From IMG/VR virus record IMGVR_UViG_3300020577_003313: a stretch of 64,000 nt of DNA; one strand, written 5' to 3'. Below the pieces are notes generated by a model. It had not been told where the DNA came from and made no database searches. It was given only the letters and a program-made list of their open reading frames with translations. Both the position numbers and the translations under genes were made by a program. This document shows positions 32,434-43,900 of the stretch, one piece after another; the first letter of the stretch is position 1, and each line of letters starts with the position of its first letter. This DNA comes from a virus. Its lineage: Duplodnaviria > Caudoviricetes.

Positions 32434-35003
32434 TGTCCAATTCAATTTTAATCAACAGAACCGAGAACTTACCGCTTGAGAACACCCTTCTCATTTATTA
32501 CACGATAAGTCAGACTGGCACTTGGGATCTGCTACAGGTAGACACCGCATATAGAAATGTGTGCGAGCAAGATTGGACTGTAATGTATCCAAACATACAA
32601 CATCCACTTCACACAGACTTTCCTATCACGGTTAGCACTGCTTCTCAGCAGTGTATATTTGCCTGGAACTACGGTGGAACATACGGAATAGGGTCTGAAA
32701 ATTTTGATCCCGGCCACTCCTATCTTACACAGTTAACCATATTCAATTCAGATTGTTTTGGTACGGGGTCTTCTCAGACCGGAATAAACACTGGTTCCGG
32801 AGGAACCACTGGTACTAATACTGGAGTAGGACAATACGGAGGTTCTGGCGGAGGAGGAAGCTCTGGTGGTGGCGGCTCGGGTGGCGGTGGTGGTGGGTCA
32901 GGACATCCTGTAAGTATAGTTATATTCCCTAGAGAACCTGGAGAAGAACCAGCACACGAAGTTTCTCGTGCTCGCCTTGAGGAAGGTGAGGGCGGATCTG
33001 GAGGAGGTTCCGGAGGCTCAGGAGGCTCAGGAGGAAGTGGAGGAGGAACTACCGGGGGTGGTGGCGGAGTCATACGCAGCGTTGGAATAATAATTGATCC
33101 AGATGAAGGTACAGGCGGAGGAGGGACCGGCGGGGGGTCTACCGGAGGTACTATTGGAGAATATGGCGGTGAACTACCTGGAGGAGGCGGAGGAAATCAG
33201 CAAGGTCATCCCACAGATCCAGAAATTGGCAGAGCAGTAATTATCGAAGACCCAGACCCAGGTAATGGGTCAGTGAGCAATAGTATAGTTCTGCCGGTAG
33301 ATCCGGCACGTGTAATTACAGAACAGGGTGGGGGATCTAGCAACCAACAGGGAACTGGTGGAGTAGTTATCATTAATGATCCTAACCATCTATATTCTCA
33401 AGTCTATAATCTAAATGAAGGAAGCTCTGGCGGATCTGGAGGCAGTAACGGAGGAGTAGGAGGATCTACTAATAACCCGGTCATACTTCCAATTCCGGTG
33501 ATCCTAGTAGAACCAGCTAATACTTCAATCTCACAAATCTATGTGCCGTCTTCTGAATCTTCTAACGGCTCAGTTGGAGATCCAGTAATAATATCAGATC
33601 CGTCCCTGGACAACAATGACCAAAATTATGGTTCTGTATCTCAACCAAGCATAGTCATTTCGGAAAACCAGCCTTCGGCTCAGTTAGATCTATCTCATAA
33701 CTCATTCGAGCACATAGGCAATTCACCAGGATTCTTAGACAGCATCTGGTACAATACTCCGACTGCGCAGATCTATTCATCCTTAGATCTTACAAAATTA
33801 GACACATCTTCTGTTATCCCTTCTAGTATAACTAGAATAGAGGTCCCTTACGATGACATACCTAAGGGGGCCAGTTGCTTTATAGGAGCTGTGTTTATGA
33901 TTCCTACGCAGTCTGTAGAAGTAGATGCTACTATCCAGCTGTGGCTTTTAGACTCTCAACAAAAGAGTATATTCCTTTCGAGTAACTATGGCAAAGTTAC
34001 TTCAAGTTCTTCTCTTACCTTATCATACAAAGTCAACACCTACCAGCTAATAGCTGGTCCAGTTACAGCAATAATTATAGTCAAGGATGTTGCCGGAACT
34101 ATAATTGGACTGGCATCAAAGAAGTTTGTTGTACGCCCGACAATAATTGCTAACGAGACAAACTACCAAGATAGGGTTGTTAGTAGCTCCTCCTATACTG
34201 CCGAAGGCATGCTGCCAAAAGCTATAGTAGACCTTGTTAATATTACAAGAGACCCTGTAAGGGTCTATTCTTTAGGATCAGAAACCAGTTATCTAATATT
34301 TGATAGAACACCTAATGGCGCGCTGTCCATTGCGTCAGTAGCAACTATTTCTCCTTCTAGTAATGATAGCTATTCTATGACAGTGTACTATTCACTGAAT
34401 GCTCTAGTAATAGGAGAACAGATACCATCTGTAATCCCTCTTCCTATTGAGGGAGATGTTGGCTTCGATAGTAGCTCACAAAGCTTAGTACTAGCATACA
34501 GTAATAGCAAGCTAATATTTAATGGAGAAGAGCTAATACCTAGCTCTCACGCAGTAGGTATATCTAGAACCTATTGTCCTTATAACTCTGTTATAATTGC
34601 TATTAGTCCCAATTCAAATTCGACTGCACAAAATAAGAAAATAATTGATCTGTACACTAGCGATAGCTTTAAGCTAAGGAACATTGTTGTAACATCGGTG
34701 ACTTTAATTCCTGACCCGTCCATAGACGCTACAGCAACTCCAGGAACAGTGGGATCGACTATCGCGAATATATCTTTGCAGACTCCTTATGTAGCTACAA
34801 GACTAGCTCTTGTGGTCAGTAAGATAAGAGGATATATTCCAGAAGATATAAACTCATATACTTACTACGCAGATAGTAGCGTTGATGGAAATGTAACGTT
34901 TAGTAATGTGAGTATACTAAAAGATGAATATTTCACTATACTAGTTCCTCAGTACGGAACCTATAATCCAGTTAATGGAAAAGTGTATGAGGGTAAAGTA
35001 TGA
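32433..35003 (+). CDS. Virion protein with long glycine-rich low-complexity region
   Basis: Poly-Gly/Ser tracts at about residues 110-350; beta-rich C-terminus. Confidence 0.6.
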   Translation: MSNSILINRTENLPLENTLLIYYTISQTGTWDLLQVDTAYRNVCEQDWTVMYPNIQHPLHTDFPITVSTASQQCIFAWNYGGTYGIGSENFDPGHSYLTQLTIFNSDCFGTGSSQTGINTGSGGTTGTNTGVGQYGGSGGGGSSGGGGSGGGGGGSGHPVSIVIFPREPGEEPAHEVSRARLEEGEGGSGGGSGGSGGSGGSGGGTTGGGGGVIRSVGIIIDPDEGTGGGGTGGGSTGGTIGEYGGELPGGGGGNQQGHPTDPEIGRAVIIEDPDPGNGSVSNSIVLPVDPARVITEQGGGSSNQQGTGGVVIINDPNHLYSQVYNLNEGSSGGSGGSNGGVGGSTNNPVILPIPVILVEPANTSISQIYVPSSESSNGSVGDPVIISDPSLDNNDQNYGSVSQPSIVISENQPSAQLDLSHNSFEHIGNSPGFLDSIWYNTPTAQIYSSLDLTKLDTSSVIPSSITRIEVPYDDIPKGASCFIGAVFMIPTQSVEVDATIQLWLLDSQQKSIFLSSNYGKVTSSSSLTLSYKVNTYQLIAGPVTAIIIVKDVAGTIIGLASKKFVVRPTIIANETNYQDRVVSSSSYTAEGMLPKAIVDLVNITRDPVRVYSLGSETSYLIFDRTPNGALSIASVATISPSSNDSYSMTVYYSLNALVIGEQIPSVIPLPIEGDVGFDSSSQSLVLAYSNSKLIFNGEELIPSSHAVGISRTYCPYNSVIIAISPNSNSTAQNKKIIDLYTSDSFKLRNIVVTSVTLIPDPSIDATATPGTVGSTIANISLQTPYVATRLALVVSKIRGYIPEDINSYTYYADSSVDGNVTFSNVSILKDEYFTILVPQYGTYNPVNGKVYEGKV
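32760..33470 (+). repeat. Low-complexity GGN-codon repeats encoding Gly/Ser tracts
   Basis: Runs such as ggaggctcaggaggctcaggaggaagtggaggagga and ggtggcggtggtggtggg; local GC well above the window background. Confidence 0.85.
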
Positions 35004-36025
35004 CTATAATTAGTGATAGCAACTTCCCAAATCCTACAGTACTTAACGCGATAGACTGCGTATCCTCTTCGAGATACTTAAATAAGGTAGACGAGTCTGT
35101 TTCTATAATTAATGTTTGCCAGGATTCGCAGAATCCTAGCTTAGTCATAGTTAGTACAAGCTTGATCGGAGCATTTTTATTTACTCCTTTCTGCAAAATA
35201 CTTAGCGTAGACGGAGACACATCATATACTACTTTAGATATAGAAGCGCCTATTGCCGTAGGTCATTATAGAAATGCAGACATACCGATAGACACTCACT
35301 GCATTACAGCAAACCCAGAAATTGTATTTGACTTTGGTAGAGTAATTCCTAACTTCCTTTCTTGTTCTACAATTGTTTTTACTTTAGGAATGGTTGGCAC
35401 AGTGCCCCAGTCTTTTGGAGTTAACTTCCAGCCGCAGACCCCTACTGTAACATATACATGGACAAAAGGTGTATTACCGAGACCCATCGGTCTCAGCTAT
35501 AGTAATGACTCACTAATGGTAACTTTCCAGTATGATGGATCAAAAGATTGCTCCTGTAGCATACAGTGTGTGCAGCCGTTAGGAGTTAGCAGAAACCTAA
35601 AGTTCTGTCCAAACGAGACTCAAGCTCTTAAAATCAATACTTCTCTATCTGGTGATCCTTACACATTTACTCTTGCTCTGCAAGACTCAGTCGGCAATAC
35701 TTCGTCCATTGTAATTACATCTGTCTATAATGTAATCCCGAGGGCGCCATCAGTCAGCTTTGCTTCTAGCCCTAACAGAGTCGAAATATTTACAGACAGC
35801 CTTTCAGCAAATGGTATGGATCTAGGTGAGGCACAATATCAAATAATTAAATACGCCGGAACAGTTTCTAATCACGTAGTCTGGAAAGACTGGTCAGATC
35901 GGCCACAATCGTATTTTATTGATAGAGACGTATTGCCTAATCAAATTTATGGCTACGCTGTAAGATACAGAGGCAAATTCAATGATATCTCAAACTTGTC
36001 TTCTTGGACAACGATAAGTACATAA
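35000..36025 (+). CDS. Virion protein with C-terminal fibronectin type III-like domain
   Basis: PRAPSV...YQIIK...YFIDRDVLPNQIYGYAVRYRG..SNLSSW is an FN3 signature; Cys cluster DCSCSIQC. Confidence 0.6.
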   Translation: MTIISDSNFPNPTVLNAIDCVSSSRYLNKVDESVSIINVCQDSQNPSLVIVSTSLIGAFLFTPFCKILSVDGDTSYTTLDIEAPIAVGHYRNADIPIDTHCITANPEIVFDFGRVIPNFLSCSTIVFTLGMVGTVPQSFGVNFQPQTPTVTYTWTKGVLPRPIGLSYSNDSLMVTFQYDGSKDCSCSIQCVQPLGVSRNLKFCPNETQALKINTSLSGDPYTFTLALQDSVGNTSSIVITSVYNVIPRAPSVSFASSPNRVEIFTDSLSANGMDLGEAQYQIIKYAGTVSNHVVWKDWSDRPQSYFIDRDVLPNQIYGYAVRYRGKFNDISNLSSWTTIST

Positions 36026-39000
36026 ATGTTTAATCCACAATACGGGCCATGGTCTTTAGAAGACTTTTCAGATTCAGAAGGTCTCACATTAGGAACTTAT
36101 CAGACTGTAACTGGTGGGATCCTTTCTTTACTACCTCTTGGGTATTCTTCTAAGTCTTTCACACAAAGATGGGCGCCAGTTTCTGGATGGAGTTTTACAA
36201 ACTCTTTAAATAGCGTACCAATTATAGAGTCAGCGTTTTCTATAATCAGCGGAGCATCTTTATCTGGACAAAGAGTCCCAAGCCTTACTGCTGGTTATTC
36301 ACAACATGTTGTTTCTGCTGGCGCGTGGGACATAAGAACTGAGTTCCCACTGTGGATTAGCGGAAGGGGATTTTCGGGTCAGGAAGCAAGAGCTTTGGAG
36401 CTGTCTAGAAATTCACTAGACAGTGGCTGGTATAACTTCTTTAGTAATGCTGGAACGGATGCAACACTAGAAATAGATGTTGCTTCTGTTTATGATATGT
36501 ACTCAGGAAACTTGACTCCTGGTTTCCAAACTGGCCAGCAGAATCTAACAGGACTTCCAGCTCTCAATGGTTTAGCCGGTCATGGAATTTATATTGATAA
36601 TGGCGCAAACTGGGATTTCCTAGAAATAAATCCTGGATGGATTAGATCTCTCAATCATCCAGAGCTAGCTATCTCTACTAACTTTACCCAGCCCAAAAGA
36701 ATAAGAATAGGACTAAGCAATAGAAATATATTTATCTCTACAGAAGATGGTAGAGGCGTAGCCGGAATAGGTAAGTTTAATAAAGCTACTCTTTCTGGTA
36801 ATGATCCGAAGATAGCATTCGGAGCTCCTAATTTATCCGGCATATACAATAAGTACCCATTCTTCCAGAATGGAATAAGTGGATTTGTTGGAGAAACTTT
36901 CTGGGACAATGTTAGAGTACTTTACGGGAAGAATGTAATCACAGACAATACTGGTAACAACCAGTATTACACCGTCCAACCACAAACTGCTTATTCGAAC
37001 GTTTACGATCCATCAATAAATATCAACTTCTGGAACTCAGCAGTTATTAATCATAGCGCCCACAAGGGCGGAGTTACATCTGTAACTATAGAATATTCAG
37101 GACTTACAGGATGGGCAGGCTACGCTACTGCTAGATTGACGGGCCAAAAAGGACCTACAAGTATAGACCTGACTAACTTACCTGTTTACTCAAATTCAAG
37201 AAGAGAATCGGCGCACCAGTCTATATCCAATCCTGTTAGATTTAGAATTGATCAGGCATCTTATGGGTTAACGATGCCTCCGACAGTTGACAGTATTTAT
37301 GTCTCTGCGTCAAACGAAGACGCTCTCCTACATATTTCACCAAACTGGAAACCAATAAATCAACCCATAACTCTAAGGTTGGCGGTTAATAGCGGATCAT
37401 TCTATGATCCTAGAATAGAAGTCGACCAGTACACTACCTTCCTACTAGAAGCTCCTAGAAATACAGAGAACTATACTTCCTCTATTACTGGAGGATTCTA
37501 TGAGTCTTCTAAGTTTAGCAACTTAGTATCTTTCTCTGGAACCATAACTAACGTCCCAGGCTCCCCGAGCCAGAGAGCAATAAGAAATTTTAGTATAGCT
37601 TCTGGTAATGCTAGAACAGGCAGCGCGGCATACTCTTACTTTGGAACAAGTTACGTATCCAATTTCTTTACAAATGCTGGGTTTGACAACGGATTTAGCC
37701 TAGTAACTGGATTCCCTCAGTATGTAAATAATAGATCATTTGGTCAGCTGGCCAATGGCCTAACCATGGTACCTGGATACACAGGTAAGGCCACAATCAT
37801 ATATGGTCCTACGCAGGTATCTAATCCTCAAGTACTAGCATTTGACGAAAGAATAAATGGAGTACCTAATAATCCTCAGCAGTATTCCTATGTACAATCA
37901 GTAGTAATACCGTCAAATAGCTTCAATGGATCTCACGATGCTTCTTGTGGATTCGAAGCAATTGTTCCTTCTGGAATTGCCTCCGGAAACCTTTTAGTAA
38001 GGTTTGATCTTCAAATTGCTGCCGGATCTGGGATCCAGGTTTACGCAACAGGAGCAGTAAATACAACGCCGAGCTGGTATCTATCTGGTCCTAACTACAG
38101 ATCTTACAAGAACGTTAGTCTACCTCTAATAGGCAGAACAGGTCAAATAAACATAGGCTTCATAGTTCCTTCCGGAACTCTATCGAAAGATTACATTGCC
38201 TACAACATAGATAACCTTGAAGTAGTTCCAGTTACCCCAGGATATCTATACTCCGCAGGAGTCCAGTCTTACTCCTATACTGGAGTTATCCAGCGGGCAT
38301 CTCTGACACCAGACAATAACTACTATCCAGAAGTGGCCTCAACCTTAGTACAATTCAATACAAGAATTGTAAGTCTTCCTACTGGTGATAATAGTATACT
38401 TGTCAGAAAATATAGAACCTCAGACTTGAAGGGATACAAGATCTACACTACTCAGAGTGGATACTTGGCAATGACTTTAGACGCCGAGTCTAAGTCTAGA
38501 ACCACTGGCTCTCTCAGCTCTGTTTATGTAACAGGTAATCTGTCTACTGGCATGATCACAGACTATCAAGTTCCAGTCGGAACTTGGATTGATGTAGGTT
38601 TGGTACATCAGCCATACACTTATGAAAGATTAAGCTACTGTAACTATTCAGGGTTAACTTCTCCTAAGAATTTTGCTGCATCCAACAGATGCTATCTACT
38701 AGTCAATGGATCACCCGTTGGTGTACTAGACCTAGAAAGAAATTGGAACAACAATGGACCGTCGCCACTATCTCCTCAGACCAGTATGGTCTGTGATGGA
38801 TCTGGAGTACTAACAATATGCTCCGGCATCTATGCTGATATTGCTGGCCTAAAGATAAGCAGACCAATAATAGCTGACGCAGAAATAGATCATTCCATAA
38901 AGTATTCCAAGGTTTCTCTACCTTATTTTACTCCGCCATACTACTTTAGTCCTGCTGTGGCTGATGATGTTCCTAACGTTCTAACAAGAACGAGCGGCGC

Positions 39001-40927
39001 TCTCGGGTACGATACTCATATCGGAAGCTTGTATTCTTTCGATGGCCCAGGATATACAAACTGGGACCACGGCCCGTGGAGAAATCATCTAATATTCTAT
39101 GGTACTGTAAACAAGTCGATAGGTAATCCTTACGGAGTATCAGGTTTAGGATGTACAGCAATAGCTTCTGGTTCATTTGCTTTAGCAAGATATAGCTCTT
39201 CTACTGAACGCTATATCAATACCACGGGCAACTTGTCCATAAACTATAACGGACTAGGTACAGAATCTGGTCTATTTAAAGTTGGCGGGTGGGTATATCC
39301 TTTCAACTCGGGCCAAGATTTCTTCCATATCTATAAAGATATTAGCATGACCGGAGACAGAATATCCTTAGGATATTCTAACTCTATGCAGCTAACACTT
39401 TCTAAGAGAACCAGCGATACTGCCACAACATGGAGCGTCACAGGATCTTATAGCCATAAGATCACTGGCTGGAACTGGGTAGAGGCTATCCTCAGTTTAG
39501 GTAACTATACTGGCCAGTCTCAGACTGGGTTTGTCTCTGCGAGACTCTACTCTACTTCTGGAGTAGAACTAACTACAGGGTTCACCGGAGTGAACTACGG
39601 ATTCCAGTATTACGGGAGATCTGGAACAAGCTTTGAGAGCTGTATAGTCTTCGGTAAGACTTCTACTGTAGCCTTAAATGACTGGTTCATTTGTCCTGTT
39701 CCAACAGGTGATATAAGAAATATAGCTGACCCAACAGCTATCAAGAGTGGCAGATACCAGGTTCTATTAAAGAATAATGTAGTAAATCCTGACCAGCCTT
39801 CTTGGTATTCTTACAGCCAAGTAAGACTCCCGGTTTCTGGAGGAGATCCAGGAAACGACTTCTATTCTATAGCTGCCCACAATAGGTACGATAACTTCTC
39901 TAGGATGAACGGTGGTATCAATCTTTATGATGATCAGCCATTCAAGAATGTTCCGGCATATTATTTACAGTTTAATACCAATCCTATTGACTTGATGTTT
40001 GGCACAAACAAGTCTCCAATCAAGATTGGTAACCAAGTTCCAAAGGGAGCGATCAATCTTGCTAGAGTTAACTCTCCAGCATATGATGTCGATACCTCAG
40101 TATCAGTAGTTGATCTATCCTACCTAAACGAGAATAACCTATCATCTTTTAAGGATAGCGTTTATGCTATAACAAAAGCAGGCGGTACAGTAACTACTAA
40201 TACACTCACTGGATCTTTCTACGGTATAAACTCAGGACTATTCAGCGGAAGATGTAACTTGTCCCTATCTGGACAGGTCCACTCTAAAGACATTAACGTA
40301 ACTAGCGTTTCTATTGTAGATCCTAATTCTTCCGTTGTAACAGAAGGATTCTATTGCTATCTAGTAGGAAGAGGCAAGAACGTTATCAAGATTGAAGATG
40401 CATATCCTCATCCAACTGGACAAGTTAATTACTACAGCAGCGGGGTGAGTATTGCGCAGTATACAGAAAACCTAGAAAAAGTAAAGTCGGCTATAAAGCT
40501 AAAAGACTCCGATGGAAATGAGATTCCATATGAGTCTTACCCATTCAATATATTGACGTCTCCCTTCACTCCTGATTCACTATCCGCAGCAATCAGAGAT
40601 GGAATATCCGTCAATATCAATGGAATAGGTAATTACACTGGCGCAAATTACTTAAGTGATGGTCTCTTCTCTGTCATATTATTGACTAACAAGAGAACAT
40701 CTAACGAACATAGTTCAGTATGGATTCATTATCCTTCATATGATCTGGCTAGAGCAAAACTAGATTTGTCTGCAAAAGAAATAGTGAACCCAATTCCAAT
40801 AATGAGAATGGCGCAGAAGTCAACTGAGTATCTACCCGGTAGATATAGTTTTGACAGAGATCCAGATTCGTTATTGTATAGCGTAAATATATTTGGAATC
40901 AACAGTGGCTACTCCAACAAGCTTTAG
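36026..40927 (+). CDS. Giant virion protein with LamG/concanavalin-like domains
   Basis: VPVGTWIDVGLV..LLVNG and FKVGGWVYP...ITGWNWVEA..LY resemble LamG motifs; very (S/T)G-rich, 1633 aa. Confidence 0.55.
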   Translation: MFNPQYGPWSLEDFSDSEGLTLGTYQTVTGGILSLLPLGYSSKSFTQRWAPVSGWSFTNSLNSVPIIESAFSIISGASLSGQRVPSLTAGYSQHVVSAGAWDIRTEFPLWISGRGFSGQEARALELSRNSLDSGWYNFFSNAGTDATLEIDVASVYDMYSGNLTPGFQTGQQNLTGLPALNGLAGHGIYIDNGANWDFLEINPGWIRSLNHPELAISTNFTQPKRIRIGLSNRNIFISTEDGRGVAGIGKFNKATLSGNDPKIAFGAPNLSGIYNKYPFFQNGISGFVGETFWDNVRVLYGKNVITDNTGNNQYYTVQPQTAYSNVYDPSININFWNSAVINHSAHKGGVTSVTIEYSGLTGWAGYATARLTGQKGPTSIDLTNLPVYSNSRRESAHQSISNPVRFRIDQASYGLTMPPTVDSIYVSASNEDALLHISPNWKPINQPITLRLAVNSGSFYDPRIEVDQYTTFLLEAPRNTENYTSSITGGFYESSKFSNLVSFSGTITNVPGSPSQRAIRNFSIASGNARTGSAAYSYFGTSYVSNFFTNAGFDNGFSLVTGFPQYVNNRSFGQLANGLTMVPGYTGKATIIYGPTQVSNPQVLAFDERINGVPNNPQQYSYVQSVVIPSNSFNGSHDASCGFEAIVPSGIASGNLLVRFDLQIAAGSGIQVYATGAVNTTPSWYLSGPNYRSYKNVSLPLIGRTGQINIGFIVPSGTLSKDYIAYNIDNLEVVPVTPGYLYSAGVQSYSYTGVIQRASLTPDNNYYPEVASTLVQFNTRIVSLPTGDNSILVRKYRTSDLKGYKIYTTQSGYLAMTLDAESKSRTTGSLSSVYVTGNLSTGMITDYQVPVGTWIDVGLVHQPYTYERLSYCNYSGLTSPKNFAASNRCYLLVNGSPVGVLDLERNWNNNGPSPLSPQTSMVCDGSGVLTICSGIYADIAGLKISRPIIADAEIDHSIKYSKVSLPYFTPPYYFSPAVADDVPNVLTRTSGALGYDTHIGSLYSFDGPGYTNWDHGPWRNHLIFYGTVNKSIGNPYGVSGLGCTAIASGSFALARYSSSTERYINTTGNLSINYNGLGTESGLFKVGGWVYPFNSGQDFFHIYKDISMTGDRISLGYSNSMQLTLSKRTSDTATTWSVTGSYSHKITGWNWVEAILSLGNYTGQSQTGFVSARLYSTSGVELTTGFTGVNYGFQYYGRSGTSFESCIVFGKTSTVALNDWFICPVPTGDIRNIADPTAIKSGRYQVLLKNNVVNPDQPSWYSYSQVRLPVSGGDPGNDFYSIAAHNRYDNFSRMNGGINLYDDQPFKNVPAYYLQFNTNPIDLMFGTNKSPIKIGNQVPKGAINLARVNSPAYDVDTSVSVVDLSYLNENNLSSFKDSVYAITKAGGTVTTNTLTGSFYGINSGLFSGRCNLSLSGQVHSKDINVTSVSIVDPNSSVVTEGFYCYLVGRGKNVIKIEDAYPHPTGQVNYYSSGVSIAQYTENLEKVKSAIKLKDSDGNEIPYESYPFNILTSPFTPDSLSAAIRDGISVNINGIGNYTGANYLSDGLFSVILLTNKRTSNEHSSVWIHYPSYDLARAKLDLSAKEIVNPIPIMRMAQKSTEYLPGRYSFDRDPDSLLYSVNIFGINSGYSNKL

Positions 40928-43900
40928 TAACCAAACGCTGGACTTCATTAGGCTGGCTACCCAGGACATAGCAACCTGCCCTCAGGCAGGTTTAGCTATT
41001 TACCCGCAGAACTCTAAAGATACTGTTCTATCAATCAACGTATCCACGACTGCTGTAAACATTAAGTATATAGCGTCCACAATACTTACCCAGTCGATAC
41101 CTTACATAGGTAAATCTCTAGAAGAATTAGCTACTGAAATAAATAGCTTAACCATACCTATCAAAGCGGTTCCTACTTTAAGGAACTATATTCTAAGCTC
41201 TGGAGATCTGTTTCTATATGACTCGGTATCTTACTTCCAAGTTCCTGACGGATTCAGAATCCTAGACAGAACTACTAATGACGGGGTTCTAATTAGAACT
41301 AATAAGTTCACAGTTAGTCACAAAAAGCTAACCAACTTTAGCCTAAAAAGACCATACAACACGTCGCTTTCTTATCCATGGTATCCTGTTATATCTAACG
41401 GAGAGTTCACATACAGATACAACGGTAACCTTTATAGGTTCAAGATACCAGAATTTGACAAACAGGTATGGTCAATAAAGTACGGCAAGCCTTTCAAAGA
41501 TGTAATAAACGGCGCACTCAAGTTACTGAAGAACAATGCCTATAAAGTCGAAAGAACTCCGATCTTCTGGAGCGGAGAAAACATCAAGATATACAACTCA
41601 GATTCTCTAGTTCCTAATTCTCTCATAGAAGATATTGACGTTAACAATGGCATAATTTATTTCAAGCCAAACAACGTTATCACAGAAGAAACACAGATAG
41701 ATTATACATACCTGGAAGAGAACTATGAGTACACCGGCATAAATATAAACGGCCACACTACACAGAATCCTTCAGTACTGGATAAGTTTGTAGTAATATA
41801 TGCTCTGCCAGCAGAAGGTGTAAACTATCTTGCAAACAATAAAACAATATACCATGTAATCTCTGATTCTGTCGAGGAAGCTGTAGCCTCAATAGAGAAA
41901 GACAACTACAATAATCCTGTTGTAGTAGTGGGCGCTTACTGTATACAGCAAGTGTACACTTCCGATAGAATCTCAATCTTAGATACCAGAACTCTTGGAG
42001 GAGGTCTAGTAGATCCAGAAGGACCTAAGAGTCCTGTCCACAAGATAGCTAAGATACTTAATAAGAAGAAAGAGACACCTATAGAAAACAGCTTAGTCGA
42101 GGCCGGATCCTTCTTTGATATAGGAACATATGATGGTAAAGCATATCCAGGCGCTGGTTCTGTTGCTATGGAGATGCCAGATTCCGTCAAAGATTTGCTA
42201 CCAGAATCAGATCTGAAACTAAGAGCTACAAAGTTCTTGGCCGCTGGTATATATCCAGTAATGTCTTTCTACAAAACACCGCTTCCGGCGGTGTCAGGAC
42301 TATCAACGCAGATAAGCTGCTTCTTCAACGGCGGAATAATTGATAGCAAGAACCTTGCTACTGGCACCTTCTGGTTTAGAAGTCCAGTCTCTATTCCTGG
42401 GACAGCCACAGGAAACTGGAATACCTCAACGGACAATCTACTTGTCCCAGCTTCCAAGCTAGACGGAACTGGCGTTATATCTACTAATCCGTCTCACGGA
42501 GCTTACCAGACTTATTTAAAGTCTACTCCTGTCGCTGGCATAGAATACTACAAGAGAACTTACACTGTATCTAAGAATAGTAATCACGACGAGAAACACT
42601 ATTCTCCTTGGGAAAGAGTAGTTCTAAACGATACAAGAGAAGTAGCAACTGGTCAGTTGATAAAGGGATATGTCAGCTTCCCAGAGTCTATGAATAATGT
42701 AGAGTATAGAAGTGTGACTGTTAACAGTCCATATAGACTAGACTTTACAGGAAGATTCAAGACAGATGTTGCTTCTGAAATATACAATATCCACAACGCG
42801 ATCTCTGGCAGAACCGATAGCGTCACTACCTATGGTACAGTTATTTATCCTGTACTTCATGCATCAGTAAGCGATGACGCTACTATGCCTAGATATGACA
42901 GCTATGCTGGTACTCCTAAACCACTTGACTATGTAGGAGACATAGTTCAGACAGACCTGAGTTCTACATACTCCGGATTCTACACTAGAATCGGCGATTA
43001 CATTTCTGTAGCTTTAGGATTCGATGATAATTCTTTTTCTGGAATGTTTAGGTTCTTTGACCAGAACTCTTTAACATACAGAGAACTATATGAATCGGCA
43101 TCAGGAATTGACGCAACATCAATTCTAGAATGTGTAAATAATTACGGCGCCTATAGGAAGAACCTATTTGGAACTGGAGATTACTACTACACAAACATAA
43201 AAGCAAAGATGCCAGCCCTTGTATGGAAACATACAGTTTCTGTAGGTGATACTAATTATTTACCTGCTACCTATAACTACAGTGTAGATGCTGGAATCTA
43301 TACCGTATCTGGCAAGCTTCACAGAATACCTGAAGTGTCTGGCTATTCTTCGGCAGAAGTCTATGAAGAAAACAATACAGACTTTGAATACTTAAAGTCT
43401 GCACAAGGCATCATATCGTCTGTAGAATTAGTTGAGAACTTCACAGGAAGTTACGCACAGTCTATTAGACCATACATTCAAGCAGTCTGGAGTGGAGTAT
43501 CCACGGCTATGGATAGAATGCCAGACGCTATTAACGGTACCAGAACTATTAATGGAAACGAAGTAGTTCAGCACTGGTACATGCCATACAATAGATATGG
43601 CAGATATGCTGGATCTCTAGTCAATCAATTAATTAATTGCTACGAGCATTTGAAGAATGCCCAAACTACAACTGGCGGGCTGACTTGGTCAAGCACGCCT
43701 GGACTAGATGTCAAAACATTAGCCTCAGGCTTCAGATACATAGAGGATACACTCTACACAGCCTACCCAGGATTCTCTGAGACAATAGCCAGAGGAGGTA
43801 TGCTAGATGAGTATACTTCTGATCTGCTCTACGGATATGGTTGGTACTCTGTAAACAAGACAGCACACGATACTATCGTATCTACATATAATCCACTGCT

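Noticed and set aside
32774-33073. Proline-rich minus-strand ORF
   Set aside because: Simple antisense mirror of the GGN glycine codons on the plus strand.
40893-40927. Programmed frameshift fusing the 1633-aa and 1123-aa genes
   Set aside because: No slippery heptamer seen; an in-frame GTG at 40905 gives a normal short overlap, and GTG starts are used elsewhere in the operon.
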